Shown here piece after piece: positions 9,451 to 18,706 of a DNA stretch of 32,000 nt; positions within the stretch are counted from its first letter, which is position 1; every line of letters begins with the position of its first letter. The notes beneath the pieces were generated by a model. The model saw nothing but the letters and a program-made list of their open reading frames with translations, was not told where the DNA came from and ran no database searches. The translations under genes were made by a program, and so were the position numbers. The stretch covers positions 115,105 to 147,104 of the forward strand of contig JBFWNL010000003.1 in the NCBI GenBank assembly GCA_050251055.1. Reading direction: 5' to 3'. The stretch comes from Bacteriovoracia bacterium. Its GTDB lineage: Bacteria; Bdellovibrionota; UBA1018; JBFWNL01.

Positions 9451-9539
9451 TTAACTCGCTTACTCCTGGTTCACTTCTTGGGGAGGGGGCGACCGGCCAT
9501 GCCGGCCCCCCCTTCACCAAACTCACTGCTTTCCACTAG

Positions 9540-11159
9540 CTAAGCCATCACATCCAAGCGCCGGTCACTTTGACTGGTGCGGCTGTAAGGGCCGGCTCGC
9601 AGACCTTGGGCCCCATGGGCCGAAGATCCGCTCGCGTACGGAGACGCCTCTCGGTAATCTCTCACCGACGAGTCGTTGCCGCCGTAACCTTGGTCCTGAC
9701 GGTAACCGGAACTCCCACCGCCCATCGGGTCAAATGCGTTTTGTCCCGCGAACTGTGAAAAATCCGGTTGCCCCGACGTATTGCCGTTGGCCATCGCCAA
9801 GTTCGAACCGTGCAGGTTCGGACCCGAAGAATGGGCCGCAGCATGCGCCAGCGTCACCTCCACCTTAGCCAAGCTCAGATTCTGTTGCGCGAGGCTGTCG
9901 CGGAGATATTTCACGCTCTCCTCGATAACCTGCTTCGCCGACGGATCCGTGGCTTGGATGCGGAGGCCGACTCGATTATCGACCGTGGCAACGTGGACGC
10001 TCAGCTCGCCCAAGTTATCCGGTCGCAAGCGGATGCGGATTTCTCCGCCGCCGCGATTAGCTACCGAGCCGATCCCGTTGGATAGGCCGATCATCGATTC
10101 GGAAGACAGTCGGTCTTTGGCCCACGCTCCCTGCACCACGTGCCCCGTTACTTCCACGGGCGGGGGAGCGATGCTTCGCTCCACGCGCGCGCCGTTAAGC
10201 GCGGGATTCGCCATGTGCTGGGCGCCATCCGGGGAGAGGGGCAAGGTCGAAGGCCGCAGGCGCTTTTCACCGGTGAGCATCCGCTCGGACGTTAGCCCGT
10301 CGGCGAAGGCCGCCGACTCCGCTACCGTCATTCCCTCGCCGAGCGCGGGCTTACCGCCCGCGTTTAACGTCGAGGATCCGTTCGCGCCTCCCGCTTTCAT
10401 GCGGGCGGTCACGCGCGGATTGTCCCAAGCGCGATCCAGCTTGCCACCAAATTCGGTGGCGCCGGTCTCGGCGCCCGACTCGCGAGCCCCGTCCAAGGCG
10501 GCGAGATACTCGCCACCGGAGAGGCCAGCCCGGCTGACCGAAGCTTGGGGAGCCGATTCCGGATCCAACTCGCCCGGTAACGCGCCTTCCGCGGAGAGCG
10601 CACCCAACATCGAGTCCGCCGGATCCACGGCCTGCACCGAACCGTTGAGCTGGGCAATCCGGCTCTCTAAGCCAGAAGGCACGGACTTCGCCGTAGCCGC
10701 GTCTTGGCCCGTGAGGGCCGCGGCGCCGGCTTTGCCCGAAGGCTTGCCGATCTGGTTAGCGAGCGAATTCGTCGAGGCCATTTCCAAGCCGCTTCCCGAA
10801 GATCCGATTTTGGATAAATCGTTTCCTGCCTGACCGATCTGCTTGAGCTCGGCGGGCAAGGGTCCGGCTGACTTTGAAACTGCTTCCGCCCCCAGGGCCG
10901 ACTGGCCGTTTTGGGGAGCGTTAGCGGGTTTCTCGACTGCGTTCGTTTCCGCTTTCTGCACCGGGATCTGCGCGGCACCCGCCGTGCTCCACTGTACTAG
11001 GTCCGCCATATTCTCGGACTGTTTCAGCTGCTCGGCGAAGCCTCCGGACTTATCCGACTCCGCGGACTCCGCTCCGTTGGCCTTGGCGGACGTCTTCCTG
11101 ACTCCGCCCGTGCTTGCGTTTCCCGTGCTTACTACTGGGTTCATTGCTATTTCCATCAT
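9540..11159 (-). CDS. fliK: Flagellar hook-length control protein FliK
   Basis: 539 aa low-complexity N-terminal half; C-terminal IRIRLRPDNLGELSVHVATVDNRVGLRIQATDPSAKQVIEESVKYLRDSLAQQNLSLAKVEVTL is the Flg_hook/FliK C-domain. Strong SD AGGAGGTG within the 3' end of the preceding gene. Confidence 0.93.
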   Translation of the reverse strand: MMEIAMNPVVSTGNASTGGVRKTSAKANGAESAESDKSGGFAEQLKQSENMADLVQWSTAGAAQIPVQKAETNAVEKPANAPQNGQSALGAEAVSKSAGPLPAELKQIGQAGNDLSKIGSSGSGLEMASTNSLANQIGKPSGKAGAAALTGQDAATAKSVPSGLESRIAQLNGSVQAVDPADSMLGALSAEGALPGELDPESAPQASVSRAGLSGGEYLAALDGARESGAETGATEFGGKLDRAWDNPRVTARMKAGGANGSSTLNAGGKPALGEGMTVAESAAFADGLTSERMLTGEKRLRPSTLPLSPDGAQHMANPALNGARVERSIAPPPVEVTGHVVQGAWAKDRLSSESMIGLSNGIGSVANRGGGEIRIRLRPDNLGELSVHVATVDNRVGLRIQATDPSAKQVIEESVKYLRDSLAQQNLSLAKVEVTLAHAAAHSSGPNLHGSNLAMANGNTSGQPDFSQFAGQNAFDPMGGGSSGYRQDQGYGGNDSSVRDYREASPYASGSSAHGAQGLRAGPYSRTSQSDRRLDVMA

Positions 11160-11698
11160 GGTTTTTCACCTCCTTTCTGATTGGTTTCATTGTGACTTAC
11201 TTTCTTGACCTTCTTTTTCATGGCCAGCAGCTCGGTCAACTCCTTCGACCGGCTGATCTCCATGATATTGAGAATCTTGGCGAGCTTGGGCGTCGAGATG
11301 CGCTCCATGGCGGCGACCGCGAGCTCGTTCTGCAGCTTCGAAATCAGCTCGGCGGATTTTTTCGGGCTCATGGTTTCCAAGGTTTCCACGAGCTTGGCGA
11401 CCTTCTCCTCCTGCTTGCTATCCTGAACGAGCGATAACCCGGCGATCTCGGCCTTGAGAGCCTCAAGCCGCTTCATCTCGACTTCGAGCGCCTTTTTCAT
11501 GTCGGCGAGTTCCGCTTCTTTTTCTTTGAGCGCCTTCTCCTTGGCTTCCACCGCTTCTTTATTCCGCCGCAGATCCAGCAGCACGGCTTCGTCCGCCAGG
11601 CAGCCCTCCGAGTCGGGGGCGGCGAAGCTCATGGGCGCCCAAGCGGCGAAGGCTACGATCAGAAGGCCGGCGGCGATGAGGGCGATTCCGCGGATCAT
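11156..11698 (-). CDS. MotE-like / MgtE-N-domain flagellar protein
   Basis: 180 aa; signal peptide/TM, long coiled coil, then VETLETMSPKKSAELISKLQNELAVAAMERISTPKLAKILNIMEISRSKELTELLA (MgtE intracellular-N-like); 4-nt overlaps with fliJ and fliK. Confidence 0.75.
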   Translation of the reverse strand: MIRGIALIAAGLLIVAFAAWAPMSFAAPDSEGCLADEAVLLDLRRNKEAVEAKEKALKEKEAELADMKKALEVEMKRLEALKAEIAGLSLVQDSKQEEKVAKLVETLETMSPKKSAELISKLQNELAVAAMERISTPKLAKILNIMEISRSKELTELLAMKKKVKKVSHNETNQKGGEKP

Positions 11699-12147
11699 CC
11701 GACGTCCCCTCCCGCGCGCGCGCGCATGATGTAGAGGTCTCGCAGCTGACTCTCCGTCTGTTTGGCGATCTCCCGCTTGTATTTGTTGAAATCGCGCTCA
11801 CGCAGCTTCTCAATGACCATGCGCTGGCGACGCGCATAGAGGTAAATCCGCAGCATCTTTTCTACTTTTTTGCGTTCGCGGATCAAAGCGTGGTCGGACT
11901 GAATGATCCGCTGTTTGGTGCCGACGATAAAATCCTGTTCCGTACGATAGGCGATAATGCTCGTAGGAATCTGCGCCAGCTGTTCCCGACGGGCGAGGGA
12001 TTCATCCAAGTCGCGGATCAAGCCTTTTTTCCGCTCGACTTCGGCGGCGTAAGCGCGCTGGGCGTCGCTCAAAGCACGCATGGCGATCTTCTCTTGATCG
12101 ATCCGGACCTTCTCGACGGTTTCGAAGCGAAACTTGAAGCGTTTCAT
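11695..12147 (-). CDS. fliJ: Flagellar export protein FliJ
   Basis: 150 aa coiled-coil protein, MKRFKFRFETVEKVRIDQEKIAMRALSDAQRAYA..., in the FliJ position. Confidence 0.85.
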   Translation of the reverse strand: MKRFKFRFETVEKVRIDQEKIAMRALSDAQRAYAAEVERKKGLIRDLDESLARREQLAQIPTSIIAYRTEQDFIVGTKQRIIQSDHALIRERKKVEKMLRIYLYARRQRMVIEKLRERDFNKYKREIAKQTESQLRDLYIMRARAGGDVG

Positions 12148-12285
12148 TCCTATCTACGATTCTCCGGTAACCCGCGAAAGAAACTAGACTGAAAGTTTTT
12201 CCGTCGGCAAATCCGGCGGTGGGTATTTTCTGCCCCTCAAACTTGTCTCTTTCCCGATGACGGGTTTCGACTAGCATGGATCATC

Positions 12286-13134
12286 ATGCGGCTTATAAGG
12301 GTGCTCTTTGCTTGGCTTTGGATATTCGCCGCGCCCGGTGCCGCGGGCGCCATTACCCATTCCACGCTGGCGCCGGAAATCCAACGCATCCTTTCCCGGG
12401 GGCGCCTAATCGTGGCCCTAGAGCGCACTGACCGGGCGCCTTTTTTTTATCGCGACCCTCGATCGGGATCCCTGAAAGGAATCGATATCGAGCTCGCCCG
12501 GACGGTCGCCGAAAATTTGGCGGTCGAAGTTGAGTTTGACCGCAGCGCCGTCACGGCGGATGAGGCGGTACGCCGGGTGACCTCCGGCAAAGCCGATATC
12601 GCCATCTCCCGCCTGAGCGTTAACTTAAACTGGGCCATCAGCGCCCGATTTACCCGCCCTTATCTCGTACTGAACCAAGCTCAGCTCGTGAATCGCCTGC
12701 GCCGGGCCCGGACCCCTAATCGCTCCCCTTTCGGGAGCCTCGGCGAGTCCCGCGCGCGCCGGGCCGTCGGCTATCTCAAGGGGAGTGCCTACGAATTCTT
12801 TGCCCAACGGTATTACCCCGATGCCTATCCTATCCCCTATAACTCCCTGGAGGGAATGTTCGAAGACGTGTTGCGCGGCGAGATCGACTCCGCCATCAGC
12901 GATTCACGCTCGATCCGCGGCTGGTTGCGAGCCGCTCCTCAAAACGGGATCCAGACCGAAGCGTTGACCTTTCCGGATCGCCAGGATCAGCTGGCCATGG
13001 CGGTGGCCTGGCACTCACCACAGCTGCACGCCTGGATAAATCTATTTCTAGAGCAAGCCGAGAAGACGGGTCTCCTTGAACGCATCGTGGCCGCGCACGA
13101 GGCGGGTGAACCTTCGGGAGGAAAATCCCATTGA
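12286..13134 (+). CDS. Periplasmic substrate-binding protein, SBP_bac_3 (amino-acid binding) family
   Basis: 282 aa; signal peptide; GRLIVALERTDRAPFFYRDPRSGSLKGIDIELARTVAENLAVEVEFDRSA...GKADIAISRLS is the family-3 SBP pattern. Confidence 0.88.
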   Translation: MRLIRVLFAWLWIFAAPGAAGAITHSTLAPEIQRILSRGRLIVALERTDRAPFFYRDPRSGSLKGIDIELARTVAENLAVEVEFDRSAVTADEAVRRVTSGKADIAISRLSVNLNWAISARFTRPYLVLNQAQLVNRLRRARTPNRSPFGSLGESRARRAVGYLKGSAYEFFAQRYYPDAYPIPYNSLEGMFEDVLRGEIDSAISDSRSIRGWLRAAPQNGIQTEALTFPDRQDQLAMAVAWHSPQLHAWINLFLEQAEKTGLLERIVAAHEAGEPSGGKSH

Positions 13135-14378
13135 TTTATCGGGTCCTACTTAACCCGTGGTTTCTGCTCGGTACGCTCGCTTTGAGCGCGCTGACCGGAA
13201 CGTTCGCGCGTGACTTCGCTCTGGGTATCGGAAAGTATGGGCACCTCTATATCAACCTTCTGCAGATGACGGTGATTCCAGTCCTTATCACAGCCGTGGT
13301 TTCCAGCATGGGACGACTCATCGAAGTGCACGGCTTCACGCGGTGGCTGATGAAACTGACCCTGGTTTCCCTGCTTTTTCTCGCCCTAGCGAGCCTAATC
13401 GGAATTTTGGGCGGCATGATCACCCGCCCGGGCGCGGGTCTTACGGAAGAAGCGCGGGCCATGATCGGCAAGGTACTCAGTGAGGCCGAAACGCGCGGCG
13501 ACGCCTCCGTCGCTCGCTCCGTGTCCTTCTTCGAGATGATACGGGACATGATCCCCATCAATCCCGTAGCCGCCATCAGCCAAGGCAAGCACTTGGCCAT
13601 ACTCTTCTTCTCCCTGGTCCTAGGCATCGCATTGGGATTTGGAGAACCGGCGGCCCGTGACGTCACCCTACGGGTAGCGGAGGCGCTCTACGCCGCCCAG
13701 TTAAAAATCATTCATTGGACGCTTTGCGCCCTACCATTCGGCATCTTTTGCATTTTTTCCGAACAAATCGCCAATATGGGCCTCGGCATTTTCCGCGCCA
13801 TGGGGGGGTTTGTGCTCTTCAGCATTGCCTTGGCGTTTGTCACCAGCCTGCTCTACGTCGGCGTCATCGCCCGCGTCTCGCGCCTGCCGTTCTTGCAAGC
13901 CTTAGCGGCCCTCAAACGGGTCATTTCGGTCTCGTTCGTAACCGCCAGTAGCTTCGCTTCCATTCCCGTAATGATCGAAGCGCTCGTCAAAGGATTCCGA
14001 CGTGACGTCCGCGACGTCAACCTCATCGTGCCGTTAGCCGTGAACCTCAATCGTCAGGGATCGTCGATTTACATGGCTTTCGCTTTCATGTTCGTCGCGC
14101 AGTTATACTCGCTGCCAATCCCGATCGATTCCCTACTGCTCGTCTGGGGTTTATGCGCCCTCTCCGGCATGATTCCCGCGGGTATCGTCGGTCTTATTCC
14201 GATCGTGTTCACGCCCGTCGGCCTCCCCATCGAAGTCGGCATTACGCTCTTGCTCGCCGTCGAAGTACTGCTCGATCCCGTCTTCACGGTAGTGAACGCG
14301 CTGGGTTTCTGCTCGACGTCCCTGCTCTTTTCCCGATCAAGCCCGAAATCTCTCGGTGCGGAGGAGGCCTCTCCTTGA
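13131..14378 (+). CDS. Dicarboxylate/amino acid:cation symporter (DAACS family, GltP/DctA-like)
   Basis: 415 aa multi-TM; YINLLQMTVIPVLITAVVSSMGRL, VPLAVNLNRQGSSIYMAFAFMFVAQLY and CALSGMIPAGIVGLIPIVFTPVGLPIEVGI correspond to conserved DAACS motifs. TTG start overlaps upstream TGA; SD GGAGGA. Confidence 0.9.
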   Translation: MIYRVLLNPWFLLGTLALSALTGTFARDFALGIGKYGHLYINLLQMTVIPVLITAVVSSMGRLIEVHGFTRWLMKLTLVSLLFLALASLIGILGGMITRPGAGLTEEARAMIGKVLSEAETRGDASVARSVSFFEMIRDMIPINPVAAISQGKHLAILFFSLVLGIALGFGEPAARDVTLRVAEALYAAQLKIIHWTLCALPFGIFCIFSEQIANMGLGIFRAMGGFVLFSIALAFVTSLLYVGVIARVSRLPFLQALAALKRVISVSFVTASSFASIPVMIEALVKGFRRDVRDVNLIVPLAVNLNRQGSSIYMAFAFMFVAQLYSLPIPIDSLLLVWGLCALSGMIPAGIVGLIPIVFTPVGLPIEVGITLLLAVEVLLDPVFTVVNALGFCSTSLLFSRSSPKSLGAEEASP

Positions 14379-15412
14379 AGCAAGCACGCAACTTCGTCGT
14401 CGTCGCCTTGGTCTCCGCTCTTTACGCTTGCAGCGGGACCCCGCCGCCCAATCCCCTCATCATCGCCACCTGGCCGGGGTACCAAGTCCTGGAGTTGAAC
14501 GAATCGTTTACTCGGCAAACCGGAATTCCAGTCTCCGTGCGCATCTACGAATCCAACGAAGAGCTCATCGCCAAGCTCAAAGCTGGCATCGGAAACTACG
14601 ACGTGATCGTGCCTTCTGATTACGCGGTATCCACCCTGATTCGGGAAGGGTTGATCTTGCCCCTACGCCGGGAAAGCCTGCCTTTTTTGGGAATCGACCC
14701 GCGATTCCTGGACCGTACCTTCGATCCAGGCAACCAGTACTCGATTCCTTTTGCATGGGGCGTGACCGGAATCGCCTACCGGCACGACCTGTGGCCCGCC
14801 GGCGTCGCCAGCTGGAGCGATCTCTTCGGAAATCCTCGCCTGCACGATCGGTTCACCATCTTAAACGACAGCCGCGAAGCGTTGGGAGCCGCGCTTAAAG
14901 CGCAGGGAAACAGCCTTAACGCGACTAAGCGCGAAGCCCTCGAACGGGCAACCGAACGCTTGATCGCCTCCCGCCGAGCGGCCAAGGGTTTGATCATGGA
15001 CGCTACGGATCTCTTAGCGAGTGGCGAAATTGTCGCGGCCCACGCCTACTCCAATGACGCCACCCGGGCGGCGCGCGTAAGCGGGAAGCCCATTCGCTTT
15101 TCCGTGCCACGCGAGGGCGCCACGCGCTGGACCGACAGCTTGGCGATTCCCATGGGCTCCCGGCAAGTGGAAGCGGCCTATCGGTGGATACGGTTCATGT
15201 ACGAGCCCCGCCATAACCTTACCTTCGTGGACGCCACGTCCGTGGGCGCCGTACTGCTGGATACGCAGAAGAACCTTTCTCCGGAGAACCGAAGAAATCC
15301 GACGATTGTGCCCGCGCGTGATTTTGGGAAAGACTTAGAGGAAATCAAGGATCTGGGTGAGAGCCAAACCACTTGGGACCGTGCCTGGAAACGCGTACAG
15401 ATCGGCTACTAG
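14375..15412 (+). CDS. potD: Spermidine/putrescine-binding periplasmic (lipo)protein, PotD-like
   Basis: TTG start at 14375 (in frame with track ORF 14153..15412, whose first 74 codons antisense/overlap the symporter) gives LKQARNFVVVALVSALYACSGTPPPNPLIIATWPGYQVLELNESFTRQTGIPVSVRIYESNEELIAKLKAGIGNYDVIVPSDYAVSTLI; SD GGAGGAGG. Confidence 0.88.
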   Translation: MKQARNFVVVALVSALYACSGTPPPNPLIIATWPGYQVLELNESFTRQTGIPVSVRIYESNEELIAKLKAGIGNYDVIVPSDYAVSTLIREGLILPLRRESLPFLGIDPRFLDRTFDPGNQYSIPFAWGVTGIAYRHDLWPAGVASWSDLFGNPRLHDRFTILNDSREALGAALKAQGNSLNATKREALERATERLIASRRAAKGLIMDATDLLASGEIVAAHAYSNDATRAARVSGKPIRFSVPREGATRWTDSLAIPMGSRQVEAAYRWIRFMYEPRHNLTFVDATSVGAVLLDTQKNLSPENRRNPTIVPARDFGKDLEEIKDLGESQTTWDRAWKRVQIGY

Positions 15413-15427
15413 CCCCAAGCTCGGAGA

Positions 15428-16789
15428 CTAACTTCGATACGCATCGCCGGCCCGGCTGATCGCCAACATCATGGCTTGCGCCTCCGGCAACCGCACCACG
15501 TCTTCCACGCCTTGGCGCAGGAACTGCGTGATCCGATCGTTAAGCTGCACCGCCTGGTCGATCTTGGGGTTGCTCCCTTTCACGTAGGCGCCGATGTTAA
15601 TCAAGTCCTCGGACTGATTGTACACCGCCATCCACTCCCGGATCTGGGAAGCGTGCCGTCGTTGATCGGGCGTGGCCACGGTGGACATCAGGCGGCTGAC
15701 GCTCTGGAGAACATCGATGGCAGGATAATGATTCCGCTCGGCGAGGCGGCGGGTAAGCACGATGTGGCCGTCGAGGATCGAGCGGGCGGCATCGGCGATG
15801 GGATCGTCCATGTCGTCGCCCTCTACCAGCACGGTATACAGGCCGGTGATGCTGCCCCGGTCCTTGGCCGTCCCCGCGCGCTCCAGGAGCTTGGGGAGCG
15901 TCGAAAAAACGCTGGGCGTGTAGCCCTTGGAAGCGGGAGGCTCTCCCAGGGAAAGGCCGATCTCCCGCTGAGCCATGCAAAAACGAGTGACCGAATCCAT
16001 AAGCAAAAGCACGTCTTGGCCCTGGTCTCGAAAATACTCGGCGATCGTCGTGGCGAGAAACGCCCCGCGCATGCGAATCAGCGGTGCGGTGTCGGAAGTG
16101 GCTACCACGACCACCGATCGGCGTAGGCCTTCTTCGCCCAAATCGCGCTCGATGAACTCCCGAACCTCGCGCCCGCGCTCACCGATGAGGGCGATCACGT
16201 TCACGTCCGCGGCGGTGTTTTTGGCCATCATGCCCAGTAAAACCGACTTGCCTACGCCGGAGCCGGCGAAAACGCCTACCCGCTGACCCTTACCGCAGGT
16301 GAGGAGTCCGTCGATCGCCTTCACGCCCAAGCTCAAAGGATCCTTGATCCGCTCTCGACTCAAAGGATCCGACGGCCGTTGGTAAAGACCACGTTCTTCG
16401 TGCGGCACTCCGTCCAGGATCAGAGGGCCCTTGCCGTCGATCGGAAATCCGCGGGCGTCGATCACGCGTCCCAAGAGGCTTTGGCTGACGGACATCGTGG
16501 AGACGCGCTTCTTCAGCACGACCAGGCTATCGTTATTCACGCCGCGCACATCCTCGAACGGCATGAGCATCACGCGCTTGTCGCGAAAGCCAATGACTTC
16601 AGCGTCGATACCCTGGTCTTCGGCACGCTCATGCGAAGTGTGGATGCGGCAGAGACTCCCAATGGCCGCGCCGGGCAGGGTCGCTTCGTAGACCAGGCCT
16701 AATGATTTCGTGAGCTTGCCCGCCTCGTGATAGATCAAAGCGGATCCGAGCCGATCTTGGTACTTGCGGGCGGGAATGGACCAACTCAC
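15428..16789 (-). CDS. fliI: Flagellum-specific ATP synthase FliI
   Basis: Walker A GVFAGSGVGKSVLLGMMAKN, GERGREVREFIERDLG, GYTPSVFSTLPKLLERAG. GTG at 16789 (VSWSIPARKYQDRLG...) with SD AGGAG preferred over the track start at 16879. Confidence 0.97.
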   Translation of the reverse strand: MSWSIPARKYQDRLGSALIYHEAGKLTKSLGLVYEATLPGAAIGSLCRIHTSHERAEDQGIDAEVIGFRDKRVMLMPFEDVRGVNNDSLVVLKKRVSTMSVSQSLLGRVIDARGFPIDGKGPLILDGVPHEERGLYQRPSDPLSRERIKDPLSLGVKAIDGLLTCGKGQRVGVFAGSGVGKSVLLGMMAKNTAADVNVIALIGERGREVREFIERDLGEEGLRRSVVVVATSDTAPLIRMRGAFLATTIAEYFRDQGQDVLLLMDSVTRFCMAQREIGLSLGEPPASKGYTPSVFSTLPKLLERAGTAKDRGSITGLYTVLVEGDDMDDPIADAARSILDGHIVLTRRLAERNHYPAIDVLQSVSRLMSTVATPDQRRHASQIREWMAVYNQSEDLINIGAYVKGSNPKIDQAVQLNDRITQFLRQGVEDVVRLPEAQAMMLAISRAGDAYRS

Positions 16790-16800
16790 CGAATTTTCTC

Positions 16801-17652
16801 CTAACCGCCGGAGGCGCTTTGCAGCGCCTCGTGAATGCTCTTCAGCTGGGTTTCGATGCTGGCGTCGATCGCGTTCCACTCGGTTTCCACGATGCAGCCG
16901 CCACCGCGAACGTCCGCCGAAGCTTCGATACGCAGGTTCTTTGTTTCGCCCAGGTTTTTCTGGAGATCTTCCTTGAGGATCTCCAGGCTCTTCATGTCAC
17001 TGGGGTTGATCAGGATCGTGACATTTTCGCGGGTACCGATCCGTTCGATCAGCTGCGCGGCGAGCTTCGACACCACCGTGGGATCCGCTTGCAGCTCCTT
17101 TAGCAACAGCGTCTTGGCGACCTGGAATACGATCTCTACCAATACCTTTTCGTTTTCTTCGAAAATCTTGGCCTTCGCGCCCTCGAGCGACCGTAAAAGC
17201 TCGTCGAACTTCTTGACCCGATCCGTACCCTCGGCCCGAAACTTCATGAAGGCTTCTTCGTATCCTTTTTTCAGTCCTTCTTCGTACCCTCGTGCGTCGG
17301 CCTGCTTGCGTACGTCGTCCTCGACCTGCTTCACGCGATTGGTGACGCGCTCTTCGATCACCCGTTTTTCCTCTTCCTCCACCGAAAGGGGCCCGCGCAG
17401 CAACGGGTTGAGGGTGAACCGCGAATCTTTTTGAGTCTTCGCCTTGCGCTCGACGTCGGTTGCCGCCAAAGGCCCATACTTCGCCTTGATCTGGGAGTAG
17501 GTTTGGCCGCTCCGTTTGTCGAGCTTCTCCATGCGGTAAGGCTGCGGCTCCGTGGCCTGGGCCATGGGCTTCATCACCCGGACCGCCTCGGAGCTTTCTC
17601 CGGCGGCTCCCTCCGATTGCACCTGAAATGGCTGAAATTTGGTGATCGCCAT
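16801..17652 (-). CDS. fliH: Flagellar assembly protein FliH
   Basis: 283 aa; FliH/YscL-like C-terminal half (VLVEIVFQVAKTLLLKELQADPTVVSKLAAQLIERIGTRENVTILINPSDM); between fliG and fliI. Confidence 0.9.
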   Translation of the reverse strand: MAITKFQPFQVQSEGAAGESSEAVRVMKPMAQATEPQPYRMEKLDKRSGQTYSQIKAKYGPLAATDVERKAKTQKDSRFTLNPLLRGPLSVEEEEKRVIEERVTNRVKQVEDDVRKQADARGYEEGLKKGYEEAFMKFRAEGTDRVKKFDELLRSLEGAKAKIFEENEKVLVEIVFQVAKTLLLKELQADPTVVSKLAAQLIERIGTRENVTILINPSDMKSLEILKEDLQKNLGETKNLRIEASADVRGGGCIVETEWNAIDASIETQLKSIHEALQSASGG

Positions 17653-17680
17653 CGACTATGCCTTTCCCTTACGCCCGGGC

Positions 17681-18694
17681 TTACACCAGGGCGTCCGCCT
17701 CGCCGCCGCGGGCGATGAGGATCTTGCCCTCTGCCTCCAGCCGCTTGGCCACGTTGACGATTTCCTGCTGGGCCGCCTCGACGTCGGAGAGACGCACCGG
17801 TCCCATCGCTTCCAGGTCCTCGCGCAGCAAATCGGCCGCGCGCTTGGAGATGTTCTTGAAGATCTTTTCCTTGATCTCCTCGGGAGCGGTCTTGAGCGCG
17901 ATGACGAGCTTGTCGTTCGGCACTTCCTTGAGCAGCACCTGCATGCCACGGTCGTCGATGAAGATAATATCCTCGAAGACGAACATGAGCTTGCGGATTT
18001 CCTCGGCCAGCTGCGGGTCTTTTTCTTCGACGCGGGCCATGATGTTTTGCTCGGTGTTCTTATCCATGACGTTGAGCATCTCGGCGATCGGCTGCACGCC
18101 GCCCAGTTGCTGGGTGTCGATCGAACCCAAGGTCGCCAACTCTTGCTTAAGCACCTCGTCGACCTGCGCAATGAGGGTCGGCGAGATATAGTCGAGGTTT
18201 GAAATTCTGAGCACAACCTCGGTCTGGATCGCTTCCGGCAGGCGTTTGAGCACGTCGCACTTCTTGCCCGCCTCCAAGTGAGCCAGGATAAGGGCAATCG
18301 TCTGCGGGTGTTCGTTGACCAAGAAGTTCGAGAGCGTGCGCGGGTCGACCAGCTCGAGCGCCTCGAGCGTCCGGCTGCCCTCGACCACGGAAAGTTGGCC
18401 TAGCACCGTTTTCGCCCGCTCTTCGCCCAAGGTCTCTAAGACGAAGTCGCGTCCCTGCGCGTGGCCGAAGATCAGGATGTCCTGCTCCGCGATTTCGGTA
18501 TAAAAATTTTCGAGTACCTGCTTAACCAGCGGGATCGGGACTTTGGTGACCTTGCCCATGGCGGTGACCAACAACTTCACGTCGTTGTCCTTCATGTTCT
18601 TGAAGACCTGGGCCGTGACGTGATTGCCCAAGACGTTGAGCAATACCGCCGCCTTCTCCATCCCCGTCATGCTGGCTAACGCATCCGCGCTCAT
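17681..18694 (-). CDS. fliG: Flagellar motor switch protein FliG
   Basis: 337 aa; LVDPRTLSNFLVNEHPQTIALILAHLEAGKKCDVLKRLPE and MFVFEDIIFIDDRGMQVLLKEV diagnostic. Confidence 0.98.
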   Translation of the reverse strand: MSADALASMTGMEKAAVLLNVLGNHVTAQVFKNMKDNDVKLLVTAMGKVTKVPIPLVKQVLENFYTEIAEQDILIFGHAQGRDFVLETLGEERAKTVLGQLSVVEGSRTLEALELVDPRTLSNFLVNEHPQTIALILAHLEAGKKCDVLKRLPEAIQTEVVLRISNLDYISPTLIAQVDEVLKQELATLGSIDTQQLGGVQPIAEMLNVMDKNTEQNIMARVEEKDPQLAEEIRKLMFVFEDIIFIDDRGMQVLLKEVPNDKLVIALKTAPEEIKEKIFKNISKRAADLLREDLEAMGPVRLSDVEAAQQEIVNVAKRLEAEGKILIARGGEADALV

Positions 18695-18706
18695 AGCACC
18701 CTCTCC

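Noticed and set aside
9781-10833. 350-aa plus-strand ORF antisense to fliK
   Set aside because: fliK is supported by its C-terminal domain, operon overlap and strong SD; the antisense frame is low-complexity and unsupported.
14153-14374. Upstream extension of the PotD-like ORF
   Set aside because: It overlaps the symporter out of frame; TTG at 14375 with SD GGAGG gives a proper signal peptide/lipobox.
16801-18503. Several plus-strand ORFs of 60-200 aa antisense to fliH/fliG
   Set aside because: Overlapping antisense frames of strongly supported genes; no SD or family signal.
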